Virus record (IMG/VR): IMGVR_UViG_2597490295_000013 | Coordinates: 21,285 to 85,284 of that record | Length of the DNA stretch: 64,000 bases | From: a virus | Strand: one strand, 5' to 3' | Shown here: one piece after another, positions 6,917-18,743 of the stretch | Layout of the letters: every line of letters starts with the position of its first letter | How positions within the stretch are numbered: the first letter of the stretch is position 1 | Made by a program: the position numbers and the translations under genes | Notes under the pieces: generated by a model | The model's database searches: none | Told to the model about the DNA's origin: nothing | The model's input: only the letters and a program-made list of their open reading frames with translations

Positions 6917-7714
6917 CACAATCGGGGTTATATATTATTTTCTTGCAATTGTGTGTATTTTCTTGATTGTTTGAATTGTTTGAATAATTTGAATTGTTTA
7001 GACAATACAAACAATGACGTTTATTTCCAGGACTTCCAAGAGTTACCAGTCCTGGGGTATTTTACCAGGACTGGAAGAGGGGGGTAGTTTTGGGAATATC
7101 TTCCATGGAAAATACTGGAAAGTGCGGGTGTAGTTCCTCTACCTACATTGACATTCTAAAACACGTAGTATACAAGTTCCTCTACCTACGTTGACCTTTT
7201 TTAATCCTTAGTGTACAAACCCTAACATATTTTCCAGGACATACGTACTTTCCCTCTGTTTTATAAGTATCTAATTTCTTTTAAACCGCGTCTAAAGTAT
7301 TAAAAGAAACTATATTATACCAAAAGCTAGTTTTCGAGAAAGAAGAAACATTATATATTATATATAAATCTATTTGAACCGCGTCTAAAATATTAATATA
7401 TAATATCCCTATCCTTTGTCTCTTTCTCTTGGGGCAAGCCGTTAGGCTTGCTATAGGAGATATAGGTATAGGAAAACTAGGAAAACTAGATAACAATTTA
7501 TAGAGAGTACCTTACCTCATACTTCGTTCTTTTCGCTTTCCGGAAAAAAATGGTATAATAAAGATAGAGAGAAAACGAGTAATAAACAAATAAATAATAT
7601 AGAAGATTTAAAAGAATTTATATTAAATTATAAATATACTGAAATTATAATCAAATGAGCGCACTCTGTGCTTTTTTAGATATAGGTGCGGTTTTAACTG
7701 AATTGGAGGTAATT

Positions 7715-7936
7715 ATGGCGTTGACAGTAGTAGAGAATGGTCAAGAAGTTATCTTAAAAGAGATAGATTGAGGAATAAAGTTAAAAAGAAAATTAGAAAG
7801 CATGGGATTAACACCTGGTGTTAAAATAACTATGATTCAAAGCTCGTCATTTGGACCTTGTATTGTTGAGGTAAGAGGAACAAGACTTGCGCTTGGAACT
7901 GAAATTATAGCTAAAATATTTGTGCGGTTTAAATAA
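7715..7936 (+). CDS. feoA: FeoA ferrous iron transport protein A (one TGA=Trp); absent from the ORF track
   Basis: GGAGG RBS; MALTVVENGQEVILKEID(W)GIKLKRKLESMGLTPGVKITMIQSSSFGPCIVEVRGTRLALG: typical FeoA L-x-x-M-G-L-x-P-G and VRG-x-R-LALG motifs. Confidence 0.85.
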
Positions 7937-8057
7937 ATTTAACGCAATAGATGAGGACTTTACGTTCTTCGTTTATTGTGTTTTTTACATAAATATGTTA
8001 TAATAAAAGTAGGAATAATAATTTGAACACTTTTGTCCAAATACTATAAATATAAGA

Positions 8058-9140
8058 ATGGTGGTGAAAATAATCAAACTTAAACTAGATACAACTATAA
8101 AAACCCAAGAGGAACGAATGGAATATATTAAAAAAATAATAGATTCCCCGGAATTTAGACCTAATTCATGGGTTTTGGAACTATTGACTAACTATGTTCT
8201 ATTTTTGAAGCCAAGAAAAGACCATTCAATTATAAGTGATAATAGACGTAAAACAATAAGGAAAAGAGAAACTTCAACAGAAGGACTTAAAGAAAAATTT
8301 GAAACTGGAGAAGATGCGATTTACAATTTAATTAGAAATGATAAGAATATGATATTATCTCCGAAAGTAACTATAACTCCACGAGATATTGCGGAACATA
8401 TTGAATTGAAACAATTAGTAGATACCATAAAAGAATGAGATGCGGAAATGAAGAGAAAAAATCTAACAGGGAAGAACCTGTATAGAGCAAAGAAAGCATT
8501 AATAGAGATGCGTCAGATGCAATACATAATTAAGGAAGAACTGAATAAACCATCAAGAATGAGAAATTTTAGAAAGACAACTTTAGAAATGCAGTTTAGT
8601 ATTGACACATGGTATATAAAAGAAGATGGAGACGTAAAATTAGTTAGTGAAGATACTATAGATTTTAAAGAGGGGAAGCACATAGAGATGTTGCTTTATT
8701 ATTACCCGAAGCTTATAGATTCTGCTTGAGATTTTAACAAAAGTGAAATGAAACATATATTATGGGATTTGGAATTACTTATTAATGCGTCATTAAAAGA
8801 AAAACCAGCTTGAAAAGATATTATTATTTGGAAAATAGATAAAAGAACTAATAAAGATATTAGAGAAATGTTACGTGAAGACCATAATTTGATCTATTCA
8901 GAAGAATATATTTCTACTTTATATAGGAATAAAATTCCTGCATTTATTGCGGAATATTATAGAATATCAGTAGAAGATTGGTATCATCTTAATAAAGTGA
9001 AAGGCACTTATAAAAAATGTAATAGATGCGGCGAACAGAAATTAATGAATAATACAAATTTTTCATTAAACAAAGGTAGTAAAGATGGGTTCTATTCCAT
9101 TTGTAAATCTTGTCGAAAAAAGAAAAATAAAAAACAGTAA
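8058..9140 (+). CDS. Conserved phage protein with a C-terminal CxxC-x-CxxC zinc finger (360 aa, 3 TGA)
   Basis: Track fragments 8058, 8448 and 8868 are in one frame joined by TGAs; KCNRCGEQK...ICKSCRK; upstream promoter TTGTGT-17-TATAAT (7976-8004). Confidence 0.8.
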
Positions 9141-9157
9141 CCCTTGGAGGTTGAGAT

Positions 9158-10405
9158 ATGCAAAAAGCAATTAAATATGTAGATACGAATGTATTGCTAG
9201 ACTATCCTGAATTGTTATTTGAACATGAAAATGTTGTTATACCAATGGTAGTATTAGAAGAACTTGACCACTTAAAAACAAAAGGTGGAGAAGTAGGTTA
9301 TAAGGCTAGAAAAGCTGTAAGAGCTATAAAAGGTCATATAGGTAACTGCAATTTAAAAATTCTTTACAATAGAGAGATAGAAAGTTTAAAAATCCCAAAT
9401 GATAATAAAATTATAGCGTATGTTGTAAAATATGGGAATATGGAACTAGAGGGTTGTAATAAAGTTATATTAATTACTAATGATATAAATATGGAATTAA
9501 AAGCAAAAGCAGTTTTTGGTAGAAAAATGGAATTGGGCGAATGCGATAAAGAATATATTGTTTGGAATCTATATCCTAATAAGAGAAAGTATAAAGGTTG
9601 GGAAAGAATTACTGATCACAAAGAATTAGAAGGAATCTTTTTAGGGAATAAAAAAGACTTAGGATTTGAAATTGGTACATATGCGATTATGGATGATTTA
9701 GTAAGTAAAGGTAGCGTATATAGATTTACAGGTGTATCATTTGTTAAAATCAATTATCTTGCTTTTCATTCTAAAATAATGGGAACAATTAAACCAAAAG
9801 ATTCTTATCAACTTGCGGTGATTCATAGTTTAATTAAAGATGACTTTACTGTATTGGTAGGACCAGCGGGTTCAGGTAAAACACTCTTATCTTTGTCTTA
9901 TGCGTTTGATATGATTGAACAGAAAAAATTTGAAAAATTAATTATTGCGATAAACCCTATTGCCGCTCGAGGAGTAGCTGAAATGGGATTCTTAAAAGGT
10001 GACAAAATAGACAAGTTACTTGGAGGAAGTTTAGGTGGAATATTAATAAGTAAATTAGGTACAAGAAAAGCAGTTGTAGATTTAATTAATAGCGGGATTT
10101 TAGAAATTACAAGTATCGCGCAATGCAGAGGTAGACAAATTAATAAAGGTGAAATTTTATATATACCAGAAGCACAAAATTTAACTATAGATACTACTAA
10201 ACTTATGATTCAAAGAGTTGAAGAAGGTGCGAAGCTAATACTAGATGGTGACTATAAAGCGCAAGTTGATGCAAGTGTATATGCTGGACAAAATAATGGA
10301 TTAGCAAGAGCAATAGAAGTATTTAAAGAATATAGCTTTTTTGGAGTTATGTATCTTCCTAATATTTATCGTTCAATGATGGCTGACATAGCCGAAAAGA
10401 TGTAG
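9158..10405 (+). CDS. phoH: PIN-PhoH (PhoH2-like) ATPase/ribonuclease
   Basis: N-terminal PIN YVDTNVLLD; Walker A GPAGSGKT; PhoH motifs MGFLKG, RGR and EAQN. Confidence 0.9.
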   Translation: MQKAIKYVDTNVLLDYPELLFEHENVVIPMVVLEELDHLKTKGGEVGYKARKAVRAIKGHIGNCNLKILYNREIESLKIPNDNKIIAYVVKYGNMELEGCNKVILITNDINMELKAKAVFGRKMELGECDKEYIVWNLYPNKRKYKGWERITDHKELEGIFLGNKKDLGFEIGTYAIMDDLVSKGSVYRFTGVSFVKINYLAFHSKIMGTIKPKDSYQLAVIHSLIKDDFTVLVGPAGSGKTLLSLSYAFDMIEQKKFEKLIIAINPIAARGVAEMGFLKGDKIDKLLGGSLGGILISKLGTRKAVVDLINSGILEITSIAQCRGRQINKGEILYIPEAQNLTIDTTKLMIQRVEEGAKLILDGDYKAQVDASVYAGQNNGLARAIEVFKEYSFFGVMYLPNIYRSMMADIAEKM

Positions 10406-10423
10406 TAGAAAGAAGGGAACTGA

Positions 10424-11476
10424 ATGGTTGAAAAGAAAAAATGTACTGGATGCCATCAAGATCGCTCTATAAAAGAATTCTGAAAAAGTAATAATTTAGA
10501 AATGTACCCTGGGGACGGCAAGATAGATCTTTGTCGTTCTTGTCTTACTAAGGGTGTAGAAGATTTAGAGGATTGGAGAGGTGTACGAGAGGTATGCAAA
10601 GTAATGGACTTTCCTTATTTGGATAAGGTTTGGAAAGGTGTAGTAGTAAAAATAAAGGATAGTAATAGATATAATATGTCTTCAGAAGCTAAGAAGCGAG
10701 AAACTATTCGTAAAGCATTAGGTGATTATTCGCGATTAATGAAATTAATAGCATATAGGAATAAAACTTATAGAGATTCTGATGCAATTGTTACGTTAAT
10801 TGATAACGCTGCGGATGAAGTGAAAAAATTAGAGGTAGAAGCAAAGAATGAAGAATTGAGATTAGTTATCGAAGCAAGTCACATCTCCCTCTCTGTCGAA
10901 GACAGGTCATTTCTTATGCAAAAATGAGATACGAGTGATTTAAGTGATATAATGTATTTAGAGGATTTTTATTTAGGTATGATGGATGACTTTGATATCA
11001 GTACTACTTCGCATAAAGATTATCTTAGAAAAATTGCGTTAATATCATTAAGACTAAATAAAGCAATAAAACAAGATGATTGGGACGCTATTAAGGTATT
11101 ACGTGTAACATATAGTAACTGGATGAAAGAGGCTGATTTTACAGCACAACAAAATAATAAAGATAAATCAGAATTTGCGTCTTGCTTTGGAGAAGTTGCG
11201 GCATTTTTAGAATCTAAAGGTTTTATAGATACAATAAATTTAGATTTTCCAAGAGATATAGTTGATAGAACTATTGGTAATTTGAATTCTTATACAAAAG
11301 ATTTAGTATTAAGCGAGAATGGACTTGGGGATTTACTTGAATCTACTATTGCACTTATGAATAAACCAGAAGAAGATGAAGAAGCCGATTATGTATATGG
11401 TGCAGATGATTGAGATGAAGATTTAGATATTGACTGGTCTGGAGAAGATGCAGACGAGGATGATGAAAATGAGTAA
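10424..11476 (+). CDS. Zinc-finger protein upstream of TerL, candidate terminase small subunit (350 aa, 3 TGA)
   Basis: ATG 10424, KCTGCHQ...DLCRSC; fragments 10502 and 10952 joined in frame; acidic C-terminus ends TAA 11476; position next to TerL. Confidence 0.65.
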
Positions 11477-12195
11477 TATGTCAGACAAAAGAAGAGAAGA
11501 AGTATTACTTAACATTAAAAAGCAAGTAGCTATAGCAAAAGAAAAAGATTTTGGATTAAATAATTTAGAAATTACAGAAGAAAGATTAAATAAAATAGAA
11601 CCTGAACTTAGAAAACAATTTGGCTTTTGGAAAGCATATCCTGATTTATTTTTGGACATAATTTTGCCGAAAGAATCTAATTTTAATTTTTATTTTTATC
11701 AAAGAGTTTTTCTTAGAATAGCAATGCGTTATAAACTTATTTATGCAACTTTTACTCGTGCATTTTCAAAGTCTTTTTTATCTATAATTATAGAATATTT
11801 AAAATGTATTTTTTATCCTGGCGCTAAACAATTTATTACAACTGGTGGCAAAGGACAAGCCGCACAGATTGCGGAAGAAAAGATAAAAGAGATATGGGGA
11901 ATTTGACCAATTTTAAAGAATGAATTATTATCTAAAAGTGGATGAAGCTTTCAGAAAGATGGAGTAACTTTAAATTTTAAAAATGGTAGTATCCTCGATG
12001 TTGTCGGTATGCGAGACAGTACTAGAGGAGGTAGAAGACATGGGGGGTTGATAGAAGAGACGATCTTAATAGATGGTGTTAAACTCAATGAGGTGATCCT
12101 GCCTTTAATGAATGTCAGCAGGAGAGCTAAAAATGGCGAGGTAGATCCAAATGACATCAATAATAAAAGTCAAATTTTTGTGACAACCGCTGGGT
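11469..12195 (+). CDS. terL: Terminase large subunit, exon 1 (ATPase domain; 2 TGA)
   Basis: FTRAFSKS Walker A variant, RGGRRHGGLIEE Walker B, FVTTAG coupling motif just before the splice site. Confidence 0.88.
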
Positions 12196-12987
12196 TAACA
12201 TGGGTAGCCCCTCTTGCTAGTAATAGTAAGATGAAAATTCTTTTAATTGCTGGAAAATCCTTATAGGACAATCAGCAGCCAAGATTTAATATGTGTATAA
12301 GAGAGGAGAAATTATGTTTAAAAATGTAATAGCTTGAAATGTAAAACCAAACTTATACAAAATAAATGAAAAAGGTGAAGTATTAAGCATTTATATGAAT
12401 AAAATTATGAAAACAAGACTAGATAAAGATGGATATCCATCATTATCTCTCAGGAATAATAAAGGTGGATATAGTACTTTTTATATTCATAGATTATTAT
12501 TATCTACTTTTAATCCAATAGAGAATTATAGAGATATGACAGTTAATCATAAAAATGGGATAAAAACTGATTTCAATTTAGAAAATTTAGAATGAATGAC
12601 TAATTTGGAAAATTTAGAGCATGCGAATAGAACTGGCTTGCATAATGTAGTTGGAGAAAATCATCCTCGAGCGAAATTAACTGAAAAAGATATTTTTAAA
12701 ATATTAGACTTATTAAAATCAGGAATGAGTGGAGTCAGTATATCAAAAATATATAATGTTAATGAAAGCTGTATCTCTAAAATAAAAAATGGGAATACTT
12801 GAAATCATATTACACATATTAAATAAGGTTCAACGACTATGGGAGTAGCGTCCCTTAGGTTATAAGTTAATGATAACCGAAACGGAGAATGCCCGAAAGG
12901 GTAAAGATATAGTCTAGTCTGCATGGTAACATGCAGCAGTTCATAAGAGAACGGGATAAAGTGTTGCGGCTTTATTCGAATATAACG
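12196..12987 (+). mobile_element. Group I intron (792 nt) interrupting terL
   Basis: P AATTGCTGGAAA (12245), Q AATCAGCAG (12270), R GTTCAACGACTA (12828), S AAGATATAGTC (12904); exon ends in U with P1 GGGU/GCCC; intron ends in G; splicing restores TTAG-Y-KGSFAYEKL in frame. Confidence 0.9.
12314..12826 (+). CDS. Intron-encoded HNH homing endonuclease (170 aa, 3 TGA)
   Basis: GAGGAG RBS; YIHRLL...TVNHKNGIKTDFNLENLE(W)MTNLENLEHA HNH core; C-terminal HTH-like segment; lies between Q and R. Confidence 0.88.
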
Positions 12988-14063
12988 ATAAGGGTAGCTT
13001 TGCTTACGAAAAATTGATTCAGGTATTATTATGACAAGTAATTAAGCCAAAAGATGCATTCATCCTTGGTGGAGATTATCGTATCCCAATGATGCATGGT
13101 CTCCTTGATAAAAATTTTGTTAAAGAACTAAAAGCTGACGGTACTTATAATGAAACATCTTTTAACAGAGAATATGGTTCACGTTGGTCAGGCACTAAAG
13201 ATGGAGCTTTTTTTGACGCAGAAATATTTACAAAATATAGAATGCTAGGACATGCTGAATTTTCTCCAGACGGAAGAAGCAGTAAAGATACTTTTTATAT
13301 ATTTGGAATTGATGTTGCTCGTCATAGAGCCCAAACAGTAGTAGTTATTATTAAAGTAACTTTAAATCAAACAACAGGTCTTTGGGATAAAAGAGTTGTA
13401 AATATGCATGTTTATGAAGATGCGCATTTTGATGATCAATGTGGTGAAATTAAATATTTATTTAATATATTTAGACCAAGAGCAATCGTAATTGATGGTA
13501 CTGGTTTAGGTACTGGTTTAATAGATCCATTAGTAAAACGAACAGAATATAACGGTATCGTTTACGAACCTTTTGGTGTAATTAGTGAAAAACATAAAGA
13601 AGATTATGAACAATTTATACAACCAGATACAATTCCTGTTTTATATATTATTAAAGCAGATCCAGCAATGAACAGTGCAATGCACTCAAATATATATGCG
13701 CAATTAGTTGGCGGAAGAATGAAATTTTTAATTGATGAACGTACAGCTAAAACGAAGTTTGCTTCAAGAAAGAATTGAAATACTTTATCATCAGAAGATA
13801 GGGCAAGAAAGTTAAAACCATTTACATTAACTTCTATATTAAAGGAAGAAATGTTAAACTTACGTCGAGAGGGCGAAGGTGGAGACATTCGTTTGAAAAA
13901 AGTTCGAACTACAGTTGGTAAAGATAAATTCTCTGCTCTTGAAAATGGTCTGTATTATATTTATTTATTAGAAAGAGATAAAAGAAAAAAATTAAATATA
14001 GATGTTAAGGCTATAGTAAAGATGACTAAGAAAACAAAAAAACAATGGAAAAGATGGAAATAA
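12988..14063 (+). CDS. terL: Terminase large subunit, exon 2 (nuclease domain; 2 TGA)
   Basis: FGIDVAR, VIDGTGLG and KDKFSALE motifs; fragments 13089 and 13851 joined in frame by TGA. Confidence 0.88.
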
Positions 14064-14130
14064 AACTCCATTTCTTTTCTTTTTTGTAAAAATATGTTAT
14101 AATAATAAGTGTTGGAGGTGAAATTAAATA

Positions 14131-15573
14131 ATGCTTAATAATAAAAGATTAAAAGATTATATAGCGCAAGGAAAAGATTTAGAAGCCTTTAAGGGTCAAG
14201 AAGCTCTTTATAATCCTACCGTATTACCTAAATTTACTTTTTCAGAAGAAGATATTAGGACTGCTATAGATGGGTTAAATGTAGCAAAAATGAGAGATAT
14301 ATCAATGTATTTTTATTATGCTAGCAAAGCTTATGGTAGATTAGTTGATTATTTTGCTAATATGTTAACTTTTGATTATTTAATAATCCCAAAAAGACAA
14401 AATGGGAAAAAGAAAAAAACAATTGATAGTGAAAAAGTACAAGAAGAATTATCTAAAGTTCTTAAAACTTTTAAGTTGAGTAGAATCAAACAAGAGTCTA
14501 GAGAGATTGCATCAAAAGTTTTAATAGAAGGTGTTTTTTATGGATATTTAATGTATTCAAAAGAAAGTATGGATATTCAAGAATTACCTTATAAATATTG
14601 TACTACAAATTTTGAATATATGGGAGTACCTATTATTGAATTTAATTTAGAATATTTTGATAGAGAATTTAGAACTGAAGAACAAAGAGTTTTAATTTTA
14701 GAAATTTATCCTAAAGAAATATATGATGCTTATAATGCATATAAGAATGGCGGACCAAAAATATTTTATGTAGAACCTAAGCATTCTATGGTATTTGCAT
14801 TAAATGATAATAACATTCCTTATCTTATTAGCATAATTTTAGATATTATTAGATTTAATAATTATAAAGCTATAGATGAAATTAGAAATGAACAAGAAAT
14901 ATTAAAACTTATTATACAAAAACTTCCAGTTAATAAAGATGGTACGTTAATTTTCTCTCCAGAAGAGATTACTTATCTACATACGATAGTATCGGATATG
15001 TTAGAAGAAATGCCATCAATAGATTTAATTACAACTTATGCGGAAATATCAACTGAGAATTTACAAGAACAACGGAATTCAATGCAAAACTCTATGGGTA
15101 ATGCCAAGAGTAACATTTATTCTGAAGCTGGAGTAAGTGAACAGTTAATGGATGCATCTGGTAATGTAGCATTAGAAAAATCTATTAAAACTGATGAAGG
15201 TGTAATGTTTAACTTATTAGAATCTATAAGGAATTTTTTTCAATTTGTTTTAGAAACAGAGTTCTCAGGTAAGAAGTTATCCTACAGTCTTATCATGCCA
15301 GAATTAACTATTTATAATAGACAAGAATGGTTTGATAGATACCTCGAAGGTGCACAATATGGATACAGCAAATTGCTAGTCGTATTAGCAATGGGCATTG
15401 ATCAAGAAGATTTTTATGATTTAATGGATTATGAAAATAATATTCTTAATATTGTGGATCAATTAATTCCTTTACAATCTAGTCATACTACTACAGGTGA
15501 CGAAGGCGGTAATCCAGGGAAACCAGATGAGAATAAAGATGACAAAACAATAGTTAATCAGAATAATGATTAA
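14131..15573 (+). CDS. Portal protein
   Basis: 480 aa directly after TerL; size, position and acidic C-terminal tail typical of a portal; no TGA. Confidence 0.75.
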   Translation: MLNNKRLKDYIAQGKDLEAFKGQEALYNPTVLPKFTFSEEDIRTAIDGLNVAKMRDISMYFYYASKAYGRLVDYFANMLTFDYLIIPKRQNGKKKKTIDSEKVQEELSKVLKTFKLSRIKQESREIASKVLIEGVFYGYLMYSKESMDIQELPYKYCTTNFEYMGVPIIEFNLEYFDREFRTEEQRVLILEIYPKEIYDAYNAYKNGGPKIFYVEPKHSMVFALNDNNIPYLISIILDIIRFNNYKAIDEIRNEQEILKLIIQKLPVNKDGTLIFSPEEITYLHTIVSDMLEEMPSIDLITTYAEISTENLQEQRNSMQNSMGNAKSNIYSEAGVSEQLMDASGNVALEKSIKTDEGVMFNLLESIRNFFQFVLETEFSGKKLSYSLIMPELTIYNRQEWFDRYLEGAQYGYSKLLVVLAMGIDQEDFYDLMDYENNILNIVDQLIPLQSSHTTTGDEGGNPGKPDENKDDKTIVNQNND

Positions 15574-15585
15574 AGGAGGTAAAAA

Positions 15586-16989
15586 ATGGCAAGAATGAAT
15601 AAAAAAGTTTTTTCTACTTCTGGAATTAAAGTTACTTTTATAGAAACAGAATTTGATTCTGATAAAAATCCTCTTTTTTCAAAAGTTAAAATCAATTTTC
15701 TTTACAAAGGATATAATAGAAATGGAAGTTATATTTCTAAAAGAGTTGCGGAAAATATAGGTAAAAAAATAGCATACATTCCAATAGTTGGAGAGTTCAT
15801 AACAGAAAAAGAAGATTTTGGAACGCATGGTGGTAAATTAACTATTACTAGCGACGATATCGTTTATGAAGAAACTACAGTTCCTTATGGAGTTGTTGGT
15901 GCTGCAGAAAATCTTTGGTGAGAAGAAGTTGAAGATGAAGATGGCAAGATGGTTAATTATTTAACTACATGAGGTTATTTATGGACTAAACGTTATCCTG
16001 ATGCAGAGAAAGTTTTATCTAACAATAATTGGCAATCAATGGAATTAGATCCAAGTTCTGTTGAAGGCAGATGGATTCAAAAGAAAGGTGAAGAAGAATT
16101 TACTTTCCATATAGACGATGCGCTTATTTCGGCATTTTGTATTTTAGGAGAAGATATAGCACCAGCTTTTGAAGATTCTCAAGTTACTCAATTTGAGTTA
16201 ATGAGAGAAGCCATTATTGGTAAAAAATTTAAAGAAGAATTTGAAGAAATGAAAAATGATTTTAAAGATTTTTTATTCACTTTGGGCGGAAAAGAACAAA
16301 TTGATATTGATAGTAATGATAATGATTTAGAGGGAGGAACAGATTCTATGTTATATAAACTTAATATCGAAAATCCAAGTTCTGTTTTCTCTAGTTTAAA
16401 TGTAGAAGAAGAAGCTAGTAAAATCGTAATAAGTGAAACAGAGGATACTGTTGTTTACTTCGATTTAGAAGACCAAAAATTCTACACTAGAAAGTTTAGC
16501 TTAAATGAAGAAGAAATTCTAGAATGGGCTGAAGATGCTGAAGTAATAGAGTTCGGATTAGTTCCTGATACAGCAGTATTAGAAGAAGCGATTACAACTT
16601 TAAAAACTACAGTTACAGATTTTGAATTAGAAGTAGAAAAAAAAGATACAACAATTGGAGAACTTGAAAGTAGCATTGTTACTTTACAAGGATCAGTCAA
16701 CACATATGAAGTTTTAGAAAAAGAAATAGTTTTAGAAGCTAAAAAAGAAATAATTAATGAATTTAGAGAGCAAGTTTCAGAAGAAGATATTGAAAGTATC
16801 GAAAGTGAAATTGAAAATTTTTCTGCGGAAGAAATTAAATCTAAATTAGCTTTAATAGTTTATGAACTTTCTAAAGAAGAAATTGATGGAGACAATCCAG
16901 AACCAAAATTTACACATAAACCAAAAGGCAGCGACAATGGAAGTACGCCTGCATGGTTTAATGAAGTAGTAAAAAATATAAAGAAATAA
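15586..16989 (+). CDS. Prohead protease-scaffold fusion (467 aa, 2 TGA)
   Basis: Fragments 15586 and 16039 in frame; N-terminal NRNGS...PIVG...HGG...QSMEL protease-like core; acidic coiled-coil C-terminus; lies between portal and capsid. Confidence 0.7.
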
Positions 16990-17009
16990 ATTAAGGAGGA
17001 TATTACAAC

Positions 17010-17597
17010 ATGGCTAGATTAGCAAAAAGTACAACTTATGGAGTACTAGAAATGAACAGAGTTGCTTCTGTAGACACTAAGCAAGTATTTTCTCAATTAC
17101 CTTTAGATGCAACAGATTTTGCAAGTATTGCTTGTGAAAATGGTATGGTTCTAGTTTACGATGAAGTTGCTGGAGCAATAAGATTACCAACAGATGCAGC
17201 TGGCGTAATAGTTGAAGAAATGTACTTAGTTGGAACTCACGAATTCTATTATGTAGATAAAGAATTAGGTGAATTCGCGGTAACAATTGAAACTACAGCA
17301 GTTAAGCATTCTACAATTGGCTTTGCTGGTGCAGCAAGAGCTCAATATACTTACCCAGATTTATACAGATTAACTTTAGGTGACACTTTTACAACAAATA
17401 CTCTTGATATGGCAGCAGCTGCATTCGGAGATATTTCAGTAGGACATTATTTCACAGCTAGAGACACAGGTCTATTAACTTATGACGGTGCTACTGCAGC
17501 AGCAGGATCTTCTCTTATCTGTCAAGTAATTAAGATTTATACTGTTCCAAACGGAGACGAAGCAGTTAAATTAAAAGTTACTCAAGTAGTAGTATAG
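17010..17597 (+). CDS. Putative capsid decoration/cement protein
   Basis: 195 aa between scaffold and MCP; strong RBS; Ala/Thr-rich beta composition. Confidence 0.55.
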   Translation: MARLAKSTTYGVLEMNRVASVDTKQVFSQLPLDATDFASIACENGMVLVYDEVAGAIRLPTDAAGVIVEEMYLVGTHEFYYVDKELGEFAVTIETTAVKHSTIGFAGAARAQYTYPDLYRLTLGDTFTTNTLDMAAAAFGDISVGHYFTARDTGLLTYDGATAAAGSSLICQVIKIYTVPNGDEAVKLKVTQVVV

Positions 17598-17630
17598 AAT
17601 AAAAATAATTTAATAGGAGGTTAAGAACTT

Positions 17631-18632
17631 ATGAATTTTGAACAAATAAAAGAATTAGCGAAAAAAACAATAGTAGCTAAGCCTAATGCTCAATTCTCTT
17701 ATGATGGCGAAACTATCACAAAAGATCAAATGCTTGATACGTTAAGAACAAGCATCAATGAACTTGCTGGCGACTATAAATCTTATAGACGTAATAAAAA
17801 CTTAGTTTTCGAACTTATAGAAGAAACTGCAGATTTATATTTACCTGCTAAGGTAAAAGAAAATATTGGGAGATTTGCAGAAATAAAAGATACTAACATT
17901 GGAGATAAACCTAAATTTAATTTAAAATTAGGTAAAAACAGAGGTAAACAATTTGTTACTAAAGTCGGTACATCTGGAATCTATGAAGTATTCAGATTAG
18001 ATTCAAAACAATTCGGCGTTGAAACTGAAAGAATTGGTGGAGCTGGAGTTATTTCTTTAGAGAGATTATTAACAGGTGCAGAAGATTTAGTAGATATTTT
18101 AGAAGTAATTCTAGAAGGTATTGAAGATGAAATTTACGGTGCGGTACAAACTGCTTTACAAGCATCTTTAGCTAGTGGTGCGGCAGCAAGTAACTATGGT
18201 GAAAATGCTGGATTTTCAGCTACAATTTTACAAGCATTAGTTAACTCTATTTCAGCTTATGGAAAACCTGTAATTTATTGTACACCTGAATTCGCTCAAA
18301 CTATCGTTCCAGATACTGGATATGTTGGCGACGCTGACAAAAACGATAAGAGACAATTAGGATACATTGGTAGATGGAACGGGATTGAAATTGTTGTTAT
18401 GCCACAATCTTATGTAGATGAAACAAATGCTGTTAAAGTATTTGATCCTCAATTAGCTTACATCATCCCTGCAGGCAGAGAGAAGATTGTTAAAGTTTTA
18501 TTTGAAGGACAAACAGTAGTTGAAGAAATTACAAATAGAAACAGAACTAGAGAGATTGCAGCTACAAAAAGAATTGGTGTTGCAGTATTATTCAACAACC
18601 ATTTTGCTATCCTTAAGAATTCTAGTCTATAA
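17631..18632 (+). CDS. Major capsid protein
   Basis: 333 aa; AGGAGG RBS; head-module position; followed by a terminator; no TGA. Confidence 0.75.
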   Translation: MNFEQIKELAKKTIVAKPNAQFSYDGETITKDQMLDTLRTSINELAGDYKSYRRNKNLVFELIEETADLYLPAKVKENIGRFAEIKDTNIGDKPKFNLKLGKNRGKQFVTKVGTSGIYEVFRLDSKQFGVETERIGGAGVISLERLLTGAEDLVDILEVILEGIEDEIYGAVQTALQASLASGAAASNYGENAGFSATILQALVNSISAYGKPVIYCTPEFAQTIVPDTGYVGDADKNDKRQLGYIGRWNGIEIVVMPQSYVDETNAVKVFDPQLAYIIPAGREKIVKVLFEGQTVVEEITNRNRTREIAATKRIGVAVLFNNHFAILKNSSL

Positions 18633-18686
18633 GATTAGCGTTTTTATAGAAAATGTAGTATAATTATAGTATAAAATAATAAATAT

Positions 18687-18712
18687 GGGGCATTCATTTG
18701 CCCCGTAATTTT
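18687..18712 (+). terminator. Hairpin terminator after the capsid gene
   Basis: GGGGCA-TTCATT-TGCCCC followed by an AT/T tract. Confidence 0.6.
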
Positions 18713-18743
18713 ACTATACAAAAGGATTAAATAGGAGGAAAAT

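Noticed and set aside
9158-10405. PIN-PhoH as a novel toxin or auxiliary system
   Set aside because: PhoH genes are common in large phages and no antitoxin partner or unusual context was seen
12196-12987. Intein in the terminase
   Set aside because: The insert contains stops in the terL frame and has group I P/Q/R/S elements plus a separate RBS-led HNH ORF
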